Notes: a model not told the origin generated them from the letters alone. A stretch of DNA of 64,000 bases from Escherichia coli (GCA_005400705.1 GCA_005400705.1_4079.1); one strand, 5' to 3'. Positions 55,839-63,493 are shown, numbered from the stretch's first letter. Made by a program: numbers and translations.

Positions 55839-56234
55839 ATGATTACTAAATTCTACGCTACCCGTGAAGCTGCCCGTATTGTTGCACGCGAGGAAGGAGC
55901 AGCATTTAAAGACATGGGCAAAGATGCACCGAAAGGCCAACGCTGGGCCGTACAGTTCAAAGAGATCTCTGATATTGTGAATTCACCGGAGCCAGTACTG
56001 ACAGCAGCAGAACAGAAGAAAGCTGATGAACTGTCAGCAGTTCTTAACGCTCAAGATGACTTTATCGCGGGTTCTGATATTAAAGTTTCCGTAAATTCGA
56101 ATGCATGGACTCACGCGGATCATCTGGCTAACTTGAAGCGTCCAAGTGTACTGATTCGCAACCAACGAGAGATCCGCCACGACCGCAAGGGAAACAGTGT
56201 TACTGTATTCAGTAAACGCCGCCAGGTTATCTAA
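55839..56234 (+). CDS. hypothetical protein (paralog of 44207 product)
   Basis: 131 aa from ATG 55839, RBS agga. Confidence 0.55.
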   Translation: MITKFYATREAARIVAREEGAAFKDMGKDAPKGQRWAVQFKEISDIVNSPEPVLTAAEQKKADELSAVLNAQDDFIAGSDIKVSVNSNAWTHADHLANLKRPSVLIRNQREIRHDRKGNSVTVFSKRRQVI

Positions 56235-56255
56235 TAACTTGCAGTACTAACAACA

Positions 56256-56290
56256 CGGCGGGTTCAGTTCCCGCCTTTTTTTTATAGGAT
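56256..56290 (+). terminator. intrinsic terminator
   Basis: ggcggg-ttcagtt-cccgcc then T9. Confidence 0.7.
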
Positions 56291-56298
56291 AAACTAAA

Positions 56299-56553
56299 AT
56301 GATGAAGGTACAACTATCTAAAGATAATATCTTGCGGGTACACTATAAAGCACCACAGAGAATCATCACAAAGGCCGTACAGCTTGCTAATGAGTTTATT
56401 AATGGTAGTCTATTACCCAGGAAGTTAAGCAACGGGAAACTACGTGTTATCGATGTAGACACTAACAATAGAATAGTAATTGAGAGTACTGGAAAAATTA
56501 ATCTATATGAACACCAACAATACAATAAAAAAATAAAACTAATATCACGTTGA
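56299..56553 (+). CDS. hypothetical protein
   Basis: 84 aa. Confidence 0.5.
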   Translation: MMKVQLSKDNILRVHYKAPQRIITKAVQLANEFINGSLLPRKLSNGKLRVIDVDTNNRIVIESTGKINLYEHQQYNKKIKLISR

Positions 56554-56578
56554 CAGTACTCAATTGTTTTAGTATTAT
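56550..56578 (+). promoter_or_regulatory. promoter TTGACA-17-TATTAT
   Basis: Near-identical to the 56826 promoter and leader. Confidence 0.5.
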
Positions 56579-56606
56579 GTACACATACCAACACGGGAGA
56601 AACAAA

Positions 56607-56825
56607 ATGAAATTATCTAAAATCGAAAAGAAAACTATTGATGAAGCAGTTAAGCACGGTTATACCTTTCGTAATGATTCACATTTTACCAATTTTCAAC
56701 AAGGGTATCGTACTATTAAAAAACTAATTGACAAAGGTTTATTAGTTGAAGTCAATAACGGCAATGGCATTGAGTATCAACCAACACAGGACGCATTTTA
56801 TTTTAAGAAATATAATATTATCTAA
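56607..56825 (+). CDS. hypothetical protein
   Basis: 72 aa from ATG 56607, RBS gggaga. Confidence 0.5.
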   Translation: MKLSKIEKKTIDEAVKHGYTFRNDSHFTNFQQGYRTIKKLIDKGLLVEVNNGNGIEYQPTQDAFYFKKYNII

Positions 56826-56854
56826 TTGACAGTACTCAAATGTTTTAGTACTAT
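56826..56854 (+). promoter_or_regulatory. promoter TTGACA-17-TACTAT
   Basis: Duplicate of the 56550 cassette. Confidence 0.5.
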
Positions 56855-56883
56855 ATGTACATACCAACACGGGGAAAAACAAA

Positions 56884-57126
56884 ATGATTACTTTAGAAAA
56901 ACGTATCAAAGAAACTACATCGCTGGTGGAACTGTTAACAGTACTGAAATGTAAAACAACACCATTCAGCACGCCGGACTTTATTAATATGGTTGATGTT
57001 AATGGTCGCTATCGCATCACGGTCGAACAAGGAGCGGCGAAAGTATTCAGTACTAAAAACACCAAGGAAGTGATCCACGCCGTTAATGTTAAAAAAGTAG
57101 TTGCCATTGATAGTAAAGTACTGTAA
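56884..57126 (+). CDS. hypothetical protein
   Basis: 80 aa. Confidence 0.5.
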   Translation: MITLEKRIKETTSLVELLTVLKCKTTPFSTPDFINMVDVNGRYRITVEQGAAKVFSTKNTKEVIHAVNVKKVVAIDSKVL

Positions 57127-57157
57127 TATAGTTTCATTAACTCAAGGAGAACATGCA

Positions 57158-57742
57158 ATGCGTAATTATACTAAATTCATCCGTACACTGTCAGAAATGG
57201 AAACCAACAAAGAGATCCTTTCAGCTTGTCGGTTAGCTGGCCTGGAGATCATCGGTGCTGGTTCTTCCCGTATAGTATTCGCTTTAAATGATCGGTTAGT
57301 GATTAAGGTCGCGAATTGTGATGCGGGTGTAGAACAAAATGAAACTGAATGTAAGGTATGGAATTTTTTAGACTATGACCGCCCTCAGTTGAAACAGTAC
57401 TTTGCAAAGGTGCATATGCATTTATGCGATCCTGATAATATGTTTATCGTTATGGATCGGTTGAGTACTGCAAGCAAAGGCAGTGTGAAGCACGTTAACG
57501 CGTGCAATGAATTAAAGTACAATATTAAACGTAATGCCATTGAACGCCAGCACCGCTTTGCTGATGCACTACAACACGTTGATGATACCTTATCAACACT
57601 AACTATAAGAGATATCAGAAAACAGAATATCGGCCAGGATCGCAACGGCTTGATTAAAGTACTTGATTACGGTTTAACCCGCAATATCTGGAATCAGTAC
57701 TATAAAAAGCGTGATGTAAAAGCCGTAACTATAACACGATAA
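57158..57742 (+). CDS. protein kinase-like protein
   Basis: 194 aa from ATG 57158 (RBS aaggaga); Gly-rich IGAGSSRIVF, Lys in VIKVA, RDIRKQNIG (HRD-like), VLDYGL (DFG-like). Confidence 0.5.
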   Translation: MRNYTKFIRTLSEMETNKEILSACRLAGLEIIGAGSSRIVFALNDRLVIKVANCDAGVEQNETECKVWNFLDYDRPQLKQYFAKVHMHLCDPDNMFIVMDRLSTASKGSVKHVNACNELKYNIKRNAIERQHRFADALQHVDDTLSTLTIRDIRKQNIGQDRNGLIKVLDYGLTRNIWNQYYKKRDVKAVTITR

Positions 57743-57756
57743 AAAAGATTAAAAAA

Positions 57757-57790
57757 GGGATTGACTCCGGTCAGTCCCTTTGCTATTATA
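57757..57790 (+). terminator. fused terminator-promoter (GGGATTGAC-TCCG-GTCAGTCCC)
   Basis: Hairpin 57757-57778, TTT, tattat 57785-57790. Confidence 0.6.
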
Positions 57791-57871
57791 TATGCATGAA
57801 AACAATCTAACCCACCGGGTGCATAAATGTATCTATTATATAAGTATTCAGTACTGAAAACTATTTTTAAA

Positions 57872-57937
57872 AAGTACTTGCATACTATCTCAATTCGCGT
57901 ATAATGTTTTATATCGAGAGGGGGAAATGGTTCTCCC
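57872..57937 (+). promoter_or_regulatory. PeSL-like cassette
   Basis: aaagtacttgcatactatctcaattcgcgtataat, hairpin ggggaa-atgg-ttctcc. Confidence 0.6.
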
Positions 57938-57959
57938 TGGTACATTAAGGAATAAAATC

Positions 57960-58367
57960 ATGACTACTACCAATCAAGCTCGGAACATCACCAACGATAA
58001 AAATCATGCTGCAATGGTCGCTGGATACATTGAAGCTATGCAATTCAGTACTGTATACAATGAGAACGGCGATTACCTGGAAGATTATGAATTATCAGAG
58101 CAAGCCCATCAAGCGGCAGTGATTGCATGTTCACGTTTCCTTGCTGTACATGGTGAAGATATGGAAACAGTACAAAAACACCATAATCCTGATTATACTT
58201 ATAATCATGCAGGTCATGATCTCTTTCTTACTCGCGAAGGTCACGGCACTGGCTTTTGGGATCGTGATATCGGTCACTATGACGATGTATTCACTAAGTA
58301 CTGCGAAGAAATCAACGTTTGCGATCCCTATGTAGGCGATGATAATCTAATCTATATGGGCGAATAA
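57960..58367 (+). CDS. hypothetical His-rich protein
   Basis: 135 aa from ATG 57960, RBS aaggaa. Confidence 0.55.
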   Translation: MTTTNQARNITNDKNHAAMVAGYIEAMQFSTVYNENGDYLEDYELSEQAHQAAVIACSRFLAVHGEDMETVQKHHNPDYTYNHAGHDLFLTREGHGTGFWDRDIGHYDDVFTKYCEEINVCDPYVGDDNLIYMGE

Positions 58368-58373
58368 AAGTAT

Positions 58374-58432
58374 TTGACAAAGTATATCAGTACTGTATAA
58401 TAGTTTACATCAAGGGGAGAATAGTTCTCCCC
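58374..58432 (+). promoter_or_regulatory. PeSL-like cassette
   Basis: ttgaca-16-tataat (58396-58401), hairpin ggggagaa-tag-ttctcccc. Confidence 0.6.
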
Positions 58433-58456
58433 ACACCAATAAAAGGAAACAAAATT

Positions 58457-58729
58457 ATGTCCAGCTACTCCGCTACTATGATCATTAAAGATATGAACGG
58501 TAATCCTACTTCTGCTGGTGGATCATTTGGAAATATTAACTTAGATGGGCGGTTATCCATGCAATCAGCCATTGATGCAGCGAAAGAAGTTTTTAAGAAT
58601 GAATGTACTGTAAGTAAGCTGGATTATATGGGATTCGCTATCGAGAAAACTAATCGTTTTGTGAACTACAAAAATCCACTGATGATCGATACTAACCTGA
58701 AAGCAAACGAAGTGGAATACTTATTATGA
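58457..58729 (+). CDS. hypothetical protein
   Basis: 90 aa, RBS aaaggaaa. Confidence 0.55.
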   Translation: MSSYSATMIIKDMNGNPTSAGGSFGNINLDGRLSMQSAIDAAKEVFKNECTVSKLDYMGFAIEKTNRFVNYKNPLMIDTNLKANEVEYLL

Positions 58730-58917
58730 CAGTTGAAGAAGTTAAAAAAGTACTGGCAGTACTACGCTATCATAATCATTGTAAGGTGAAGAATGATCCT
58801 GATTATGTTGATTCATCCCTGGAGGAAGACACCTTAAACGCGATAAGCCATATGCAAACATTAGCAAAGCGTATGACCGAAAAGAATAGGCCGGACTATA
58901 TCGGAAATAAAATTTAA
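58726..58917 (+). CDS. hypothetical protein
   Basis: 63 aa, ATGA overlap. Confidence 0.45.
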   Translation: MTVEEVKKVLAVLRYHNHCKVKNDPDYVDSSLEEDTLNAISHMQTLAKRMTEKNRPDYIGNKI

Positions 58918-58986
58918 AAAGTACTTGCATTGTAGTTAGATTAACGTATAATGTTTTATATCGAGAGGGGGAAATGGTTTCCCCTC
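58918..58986 (+). promoter_or_regulatory. PeSL-like cassette
   Basis: aaagtacttgcattgtagttagattaacgtataat, hairpin gagggggaaa-tgg-tttcccctc. Confidence 0.6.
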
Positions 58987-59004
58987 AAGTCCAGGAGATA
59001 CACC

Positions 59005-59268
59005 ATGAACGCTATTGAAATCACTATCAATGCACACGTATACGACAACGTAGTACTGCAAACTACTATGACCGCTAACGATACCAGTACTTTGCGGAAT
59101 ACTGTTATTAGTGCTGTATGTGCCGCTATCGGTGATGTCGCCCTGGAAAATGCAAAACACGTAAACGATGGTTTCACTATGTGCAAACGTGATAACGCAA
59201 AACATATCATCGTAGAAGGTTACGGCGGTGTAGAATATAATGTTTATATGAAAAAAGTACTTGCATAG
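59005..59268 (+). CDS. hypothetical protein
   Basis: 87 aa from ATG 59005, RBS aggaga. Confidence 0.55.
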   Translation: MNAIEITINAHVYDNVVLQTTMTANDTSTLRNTVISAVCAAIGDVALENAKHVNDGFTMCKRDNAKHIIVEGYGGVEYNVYMKKVLA

Positions 59269-59318
59269 TACTGAATAAAGCGTATAATGTTTTGCATAGG
59301 GGGAGATATCCTCCCCCA
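59265..59318 (+). promoter_or_regulatory. PeSL-like cassette
   Basis: aaagtacttgcatagtactgaataaagcgtataat, hairpin gggggag-atatc-ctccccc. Confidence 0.6.
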
Positions 59319-59335
59319 CTAAAAGGAGTATTAAA

Positions 59336-59560
59336 ATGGCTAACTTTGATGAACTGATGCGGGAAGTAGCTAACCTGGCAGAAGAGAAGAAATCATTCGA
59401 TTCTATCTATAACACCGCTCACCGTGATTCAGTACTGGCATGTAACCAGGATCAAAAAGATGAACTAATCGCCACATATCATGAAGCATGGAAGTACTAC
59501 CGACAATGGGAGAAAGAAGAAAGCGAGTCTACCATCGAAGGTATCAATAATCTAATCTAA
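59336..59560 (+). CDS. hypothetical protein
   Basis: 74 aa, RBS aaggag. Confidence 0.55.
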   Translation: MANFDELMREVANLAEEKKSFDSIYNTAHRDSVLACNQDQKDELIATYHEAWKYYRQWEKEESESTIEGINNLI

Positions 59561-59579
59561 AAGTTTTATTTCAGTACTA

Positions 59580-59608
59580 TTGACATAGCTTGATAGTACT
59601 GATATGAT
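59580..59608 (+). promoter_or_regulatory. promoter TTGACA-17-TATGAT (AGTACTG class)
   Basis: ttgaca 59580-59585. Confidence 0.45.
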
Positions 59609-59635
59609 AACTTTACTAACTAAAGGGGAAACATA

Positions 59636-59893
59636 ATGGAACAGTTCACACAATATCGGGTAAATCCAATTGCTACAGCCTACGTAGAAGACCATAAAAC
59701 GTTACCAGTACTGCAACCAGTTAAAGGCCGTATCTATCGTGGCCTTGCCTGGGATACGGCCCAGGATGGATATAAAACCGTCGCCGTGGGGATGTATTGC
59801 GGGAATGGTGAATGGTTTGATCCTAACAATCCGATTGCACTTGACAGTACTGAAAAAATGAAATGGTCCGACTACATCGAAGATATTTCATAA
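59636..59893 (+). CDS. hypothetical protein
   Basis: 85 aa, RBS aagggga. Confidence 0.55.
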   Translation: MEQFTQYRVNPIATAYVEDHKTLPVLQPVKGRIYRGLAWDTAQDGYKTVAVGMYCGNGEWFDPNNPIALDSTEKMKWSDYIEDIS

Positions 59894-59900
59894 AAACTAT

Positions 59901-59961
59901 TTGACAGTACTAACCAGTAATGTATAATGTTTTACATAGAGCGGGGGAATAGTTCTCCCGC
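59901..59961 (+). promoter_or_regulatory. PeSL-like cassette
   Basis: ttgaca-16-tataat (59923-59928), hairpin gcgggggaa-tag-ttctcccgc. Confidence 0.6.
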
Positions 59962-59983
59962 CAATAGTTTGGAGTAAAACATT

Positions 59984-60184
59984 ATGTCTATCGCTATCGC
60001 CCTGGTTGAAGTACTGAAAGAAGCTAAAGCCAACCTTATCGATGTACAGATTAAGGAATTGCAAAACGGCTTAATCGGCTGTACTTGTACCGCTGGTGGA
60101 GCGGCAGACTATCGAGAACACGAATCACTCGAATCACTGGTTCGGTATCTTACCATGATCGTTGATGATTGGAGAATCATCTAA
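59984..60184 (+). CDS. hypothetical protein
   Basis: 66 aa, RBS ggag. Confidence 0.5.
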   Translation: MSIAIALVEVLKEAKANLIDVQIKELQNGLIGCTCTAGGAADYREHESLESLVRYLTMIVDDWRII

Positions 60185-60201
60185 CAAAAAAGAATAAAAA
60201 A

Positions 60202-60234
60202 GGGATTGACTCAGGTCAGTCCCTTTGCTATTAT
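60202..60234 (+). terminator. fused terminator-promoter (GGGATTGAC-TCAG-GTCAGTCCC)
   Basis: Hairpin 60202-60223, TTT, tattat 60229-60234. Confidence 0.6.
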
Positions 60235-60347
60235 ATACGCATAGACAAAAACTAGCCCACAGGGTGCATAAGTGTATCCAAAATATATAGTTAATAACGG
60301 TGAGTAACTATCTGCTGGTGGAGTGAAAACTATTAATAAAAAAAGTA

Positions 60348-60376
60348 TTGACAAAGTATATCAGTACTGCGATAAT
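60348..60376 (+). promoter_or_regulatory. promoter TTGACA-17-GATAAT
   Basis: ttgaca 60348-60353, AGTACTG in spacer. Confidence 0.5.
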
Positions 60377-60429
60377 GTATCTCGTAGGGCGGCAATGGTG
60401 CGACGGCCCACAAAGTTAGGAGATTCAAA

Positions 60430-60762
60430 ATGACTACTTCAATCGCTATCGTTAAAGCTTTCATCCGTACTAATGTTTCCTCTGTATTCATCGACGGCCT
60501 CGACCGTAACGTAGAATACTCAATCATTATCGCACAAACGGCAAACGGTTCTCGGTACATCCTGAATGATAGTGAAGCAAATCACTACTACTTCACTAAA
60601 GCCACTGGCTTTAAACGCATCGATGCTGATGTAGTATACGCTAAGATGAATAAGCTGGTAGACAAGATTAACGCGAAAGGTACTATCGATTTACAGTACT
60701 GGACCGAAACCGATCCAGAATATGGATCACACCGCTACCTGAATCCAGGTATCAAAATGTAA
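60430..60762 (+). CDS. hypothetical protein
   Basis: 110 aa, RBS aggaga. Confidence 0.55.
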   Translation: MTTSIAIVKAFIRTNVSSVFIDGLDRNVEYSIIIAQTANGSRYILNDSEANHYYFTKATGFKRIDADVVYAKMNKLVDKINAKGTIDLQYWTETDPEYGSHRYLNPGIKM

Positions 60763-60763
60763 A

Positions 60764-60830
60764 AAGTACTTGCATAGTACTTAGATTCATGTATAATGTT
60801 TTACATAGAGAGGGGGAAATGGTTCTCCCT
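60764..60830 (+). promoter_or_regulatory. PeSL-like cassette
   Basis: aaagtacttgcatagtacttagattcatgtataat, hairpin gagaggggg-aaatgg-ttctccctc. Confidence 0.6.
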
Positions 60831-60851
60831 CCTAAATTAAGGAGTTTTATC

Positions 60852-61253
60852 ATGACCTTCTCAATCACTTCCTTCGCTGACGTTTTAGTACTGGCTCGGA
60901 CTTTTGGTAAAGATGCACTGGAGTACGCTGTAAGTAATGGCACTATCCAACCGGAACAGTGCCGCATCATTGGAAACTGCAAACGTTGGGCGGTATCCAA
61001 TACTATTGCACTGGAAAACTTCAACGATGGCAACAATGAATATTCTGTTGATGCAGTATTCGAAGCCGTAGACCTGGGCGGTATCTATAACACTAACCTG
61101 AATGATGTGCGTATCGTTCGCACTGGCTTCGGTGCTTATGATGTATCTATCCGTGAAGCTATGGACAAGGGATACATTAGCAAGGACCAGTTAGCTTACA
61201 TCATGCAGCAAACTAAGGAGCGTAACGAAGCCCGTACTATCTTAGGGTTGTAA
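60852..61253 (+). CDS. hypothetical protein
   Basis: 133 aa from ATG 60852, RBS aaggag. Confidence 0.55.
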   Translation: MTFSITSFADVLVLARTFGKDALEYAVSNGTIQPEQCRIIGNCKRWAVSNTIALENFNDGNNEYSVDAVFEAVDLGGIYNTNLNDVRIVRTGFGAYDVSIREAMDKGYISKDQLAYIMQQTKERNEARTILGL

Positions 61254-61321
61254 GCGTTACACATCACCAAACATCATAGGCCGCCTTGTAGCGGCCTTAA
61301 CTATATCAGGAGTACATACAC

Positions 61322-61531
61322 ATGATCTATACAGTATATAGCGTTCTAGGTACTATTGCAGGCGTACACGATAACGTCGATAGTGCTATGCGTACAGTAC
61401 TGCAACAGGTTCCACTAAAGCCTAAGACCATTAAGCAGATGACAGCACGACTAACCAGGGCGACGGCTGGCGTGGAAGTATGGCAGGACTATGGGGATAC
61501 ACAGATAATCGTAAGCGTAACGAAGGATTAA
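61322..61531 (+). CDS. hypothetical protein
   Basis: 69 aa, RBS aggag. Confidence 0.5.
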   Translation: MIYTVYSVLGTIAGVHDNVDSAMRTVLQQVPLKPKTIKQMTARLTRATAGVEVWQDYGDTQIIVSVTKD

Positions 61532-61564
61532 TGCGTAAAAGGATTTAGTACTGATTCAGAAAAA

Positions 61565-61640
61565 AGTCAAGGCGTTTTTAAAATTATGCGTTAAAAAAAT
61601 GCATAGGTAATCCCTTGACTTTTTTGAAATAAAAGGGATT
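61565..61640. promoter_or_regulatory. long inverted repeat at block boundary
   Basis: aaaaaagtcaagg ... ccttgactttttt flanking an internal palindrome atgcgttaaaaaaatgcat. Confidence 0.4.
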
Positions 61641-61750
61641 GGACTATGGCAAAATGCGTAGGGGGGCTAAAGTGCGGGTAACTTAGCGACTTCGATAAAA
61701 GGGTATTACGAATAAAATGTTATTGACTTTTTATATAAATCGTATAAAAT

Positions 61751-61978
61751 ATGATTGATAATAATTTTAAGGGAGTCCCTGTGCGTATTTTAACTCAAGC
61801 AGAACACCACGAAAGACTTATCAATAACATGGCTATGATAATGTATAAGTCCCATGAACGTGGTATTGCCTATAAGCGTGAATTAGTACTGGAACTATTC
61901 ATTGGAACTAACTTTCAGGAAAGGTATGTCAACGATTGGATTTGGTATTTAATTGAAGATATAACGAGTAAACTATGA
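61751..61978 (+). CDS. small protein, tandem family B
   Basis: 75 aa; GTNFQERYV core motif. Confidence 0.5.
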   Translation: MIDNNFKGVPVRILTQAEHHERLINNMAMIMYKSHERGIAYKRELVLELFIGTNFQERYVNDWIWYLIEDITSKL

Positions 61979-62169
61979 TAATTTTAACTAAAAAAGAATA
62001 TCAAGAACTGTTACGTAAAAACTACGTAAAGATTTACAATACAGACACACACGTAGAACGAATGGAGTTATACCTTTTGATTACATTGGGAACTAACTAT
62101 CAGGAAAGATGGGTGATTCAATATATGGATACATTGAAAAATAAAATATTGTCCACGAGGAAACAATGA
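61975..62169 (+). CDS. small protein, tandem family B
   Basis: 64 aa; ATGA overlap; GTNYQERWV. Confidence 0.5.
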   Translation: MIILTKKEYQELLRKNYVKIYNTDTHVERMELYLLITLGTNYQERWVIQYMDTLKNKILSTRKQ

Positions 62170-62375
62170 AAATCATAACACACAGACAAGCATTGGGTCG
62201 TATGGTGAAGTATCTTGAATTGATGGTGTCTATACCAAAGAGCTTACCAAAAACTGAAAGAGCGATACATTCAGCAGAGTATCGTCTGTTAGCAGTACTG
62301 AATACTAACTACCAAGATGAATATGTTGACGATTGGATTCTATCATTAATAGAAGATATAAAGAGTAAACTATGA
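62166..62375 (+). CDS. small protein, tandem family B
   Basis: 69 aa; ATGA overlap; NTNYQDEYV. Confidence 0.5.
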   Translation: MKIITHRQALGRMVKYLELMVSIPKSLPKTERAIHSAEYRLLAVLNTNYQDEYVDDWILSLIEDIKSKL

Positions 62376-62584
62376 TTTTTTTAACACCAGAAGAATATAA
62401 GATACGTTTTGTTTCTGTCCAGAATAAAATCTTAATTATATACAATTCAAATGCAGACCTTAACTTATCAAGGGTATTAGAAAAAGATTTACTTATGGGT
62501 GCATTTTTGGATACAGACTTTCAGGAGTATTATGTAGGGGAATACTTAATTGCACTCAAGAATTATATTAAGAGTAAACTATGA
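62372..62584 (+). CDS. small protein, tandem family B
   Basis: 70 aa; ATGA overlap; DTDFQEYYV. Confidence 0.5.
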   Translation: MIFLTPEEYKIRFVSVQNKILIIYNSNADLNLSRVLEKDLLMGAFLDTDFQEYYVGEYLIALKNYIKSKL

Positions 62585-62796
62585 ATATCATTGCAAACTC
62601 AAATCAATATACCGAACGCGTCGCTGCAAGACAACTTGAAATTCTCATAGTATACGAAGAGACTTCTGATTTAAACTTAGCCGAGGTATTGGAAAATGAT
62701 ATACTATTGGGTGCATTCCTCGGCACAGACTATCAGGAGCACTTCTTGAATGAGTATATAATTGCACTCCAGAAATACATTAAGAGCAAACTATGA
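62581..62796 (+). CDS. small protein, tandem family B
   Basis: 71 aa; ATGA overlap; GTDYQEHFL. Confidence 0.5.
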   Translation: MNIIANSNQYTERVAARQLEILIVYEETSDLNLAEVLENDILLGAFLGTDYQEHFLNEYIIALQKYIKSKL

Positions 62797-63029
62797 AACA
62801 TTTAAGTAATTCCGAGAAGAATAAAATTATCGTTGCTGCAATAAACAAATATTTTACACTTCCTCACACAGAAGGTTTATGTGTAAGAGAACACAGGATA
62901 AACACCACCGATATACGCATGATGGCTGTACTGGGGACTAACTTTCAGAAGGAGTATGTTGATGCACACATTACCGCACTGATGAACTTTATAATGGGAA
63001 AGGTAAATGAAACACTTAACACTAGATGA
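62793..63029 (+). CDS. small protein, tandem family B
   Basis: 78 aa; ATGA overlap; GTNFQKEYV. Confidence 0.5.
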   Translation: MKHLSNSEKNKIIVAAINKYFTLPHTEGLCVREHRINTTDIRMMAVLGTNFQKEYVDAHITALMNFIMGKVNETLNTR

Positions 63030-63264
63030 ATATGAAACTATAGTCCGTAAACTAACCCCTATAGCAAGGATAGTCTACGATGACCCCAGCCTTACATGGA
63101 ACCAAATGCGAGCTAAAGTTAATGAGCTATGGTTGCTGTACTTTATGGGAACGCAATATCAAGATAAGTTTTGCACAGAATATGTCGAACAATTAATGAA
63201 TGTTATACAGGATAAACTAGATGATTATTGGCTCGCAAAACATGAAGACTTTATCAGGAGTTGA
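63007..63264 (+). CDS. small protein, tandem family B
   Basis: 85 aa; GTQYQDKF. Confidence 0.5.
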   Translation: MKHLTLDEYETIVRKLTPIARIVYDDPSLTWNQMRAKVNELWLLYFMGTQYQDKFCTEYVEQLMNVIQDKLDDYWLAKHEDFIRS

Positions 63265-63493
63265 GTATCAAACTGCCCTATTCTCTTTAATCCATACCCT
63301 TAGAAAAAACAATGCCTTACATGGTGCACCTGAAGTGGATGTTATCAACGGTGAACTTTATCTGATGAAATTCATTGGAACAAACTATCAAGATCTGTTC
63401 ATTCAACGATACCTATCAGCATTAAGAAACCAAATCCAATATAAAACCATCAAGGCCAAAAAAGAATGGAATAAACAATGCGACACAGACTAA
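63242..63493 (+). CDS. small protein, tandem family B
   Basis: 83 aa from ATG 63242; GTNYQDLF. Confidence 0.45.
   Translation: MKTLSGVEYQTALFSLIHTLRKNNALHGAPEVDVINGELYLMKFIGTNYQDLFIQRYLSALRNQIQYKTIKAKKEWNKQCDTD

Noticed and set aside
43338-60830. CRISPR array (repeated gtataatgttttacatc plus GC-rich palindromes)
   Set aside because: Repeats are promoters with irregular spacing, each followed by an RBS and ORF. The palindromes are leader hairpins, not CRISPR repeats.
43369-60851. ORF-track starts such as MFYIESGN..., MVLPGNEENK..., MILPNNRRNK..., MAYNVLHRKGK... upstream of many cassette genes
   Set aside because: These begin at the ATG inside the promoter -10 (tataATGttttacat) and read through the leader hairpin. 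The real starts are the downstream ATGs with an RBS.
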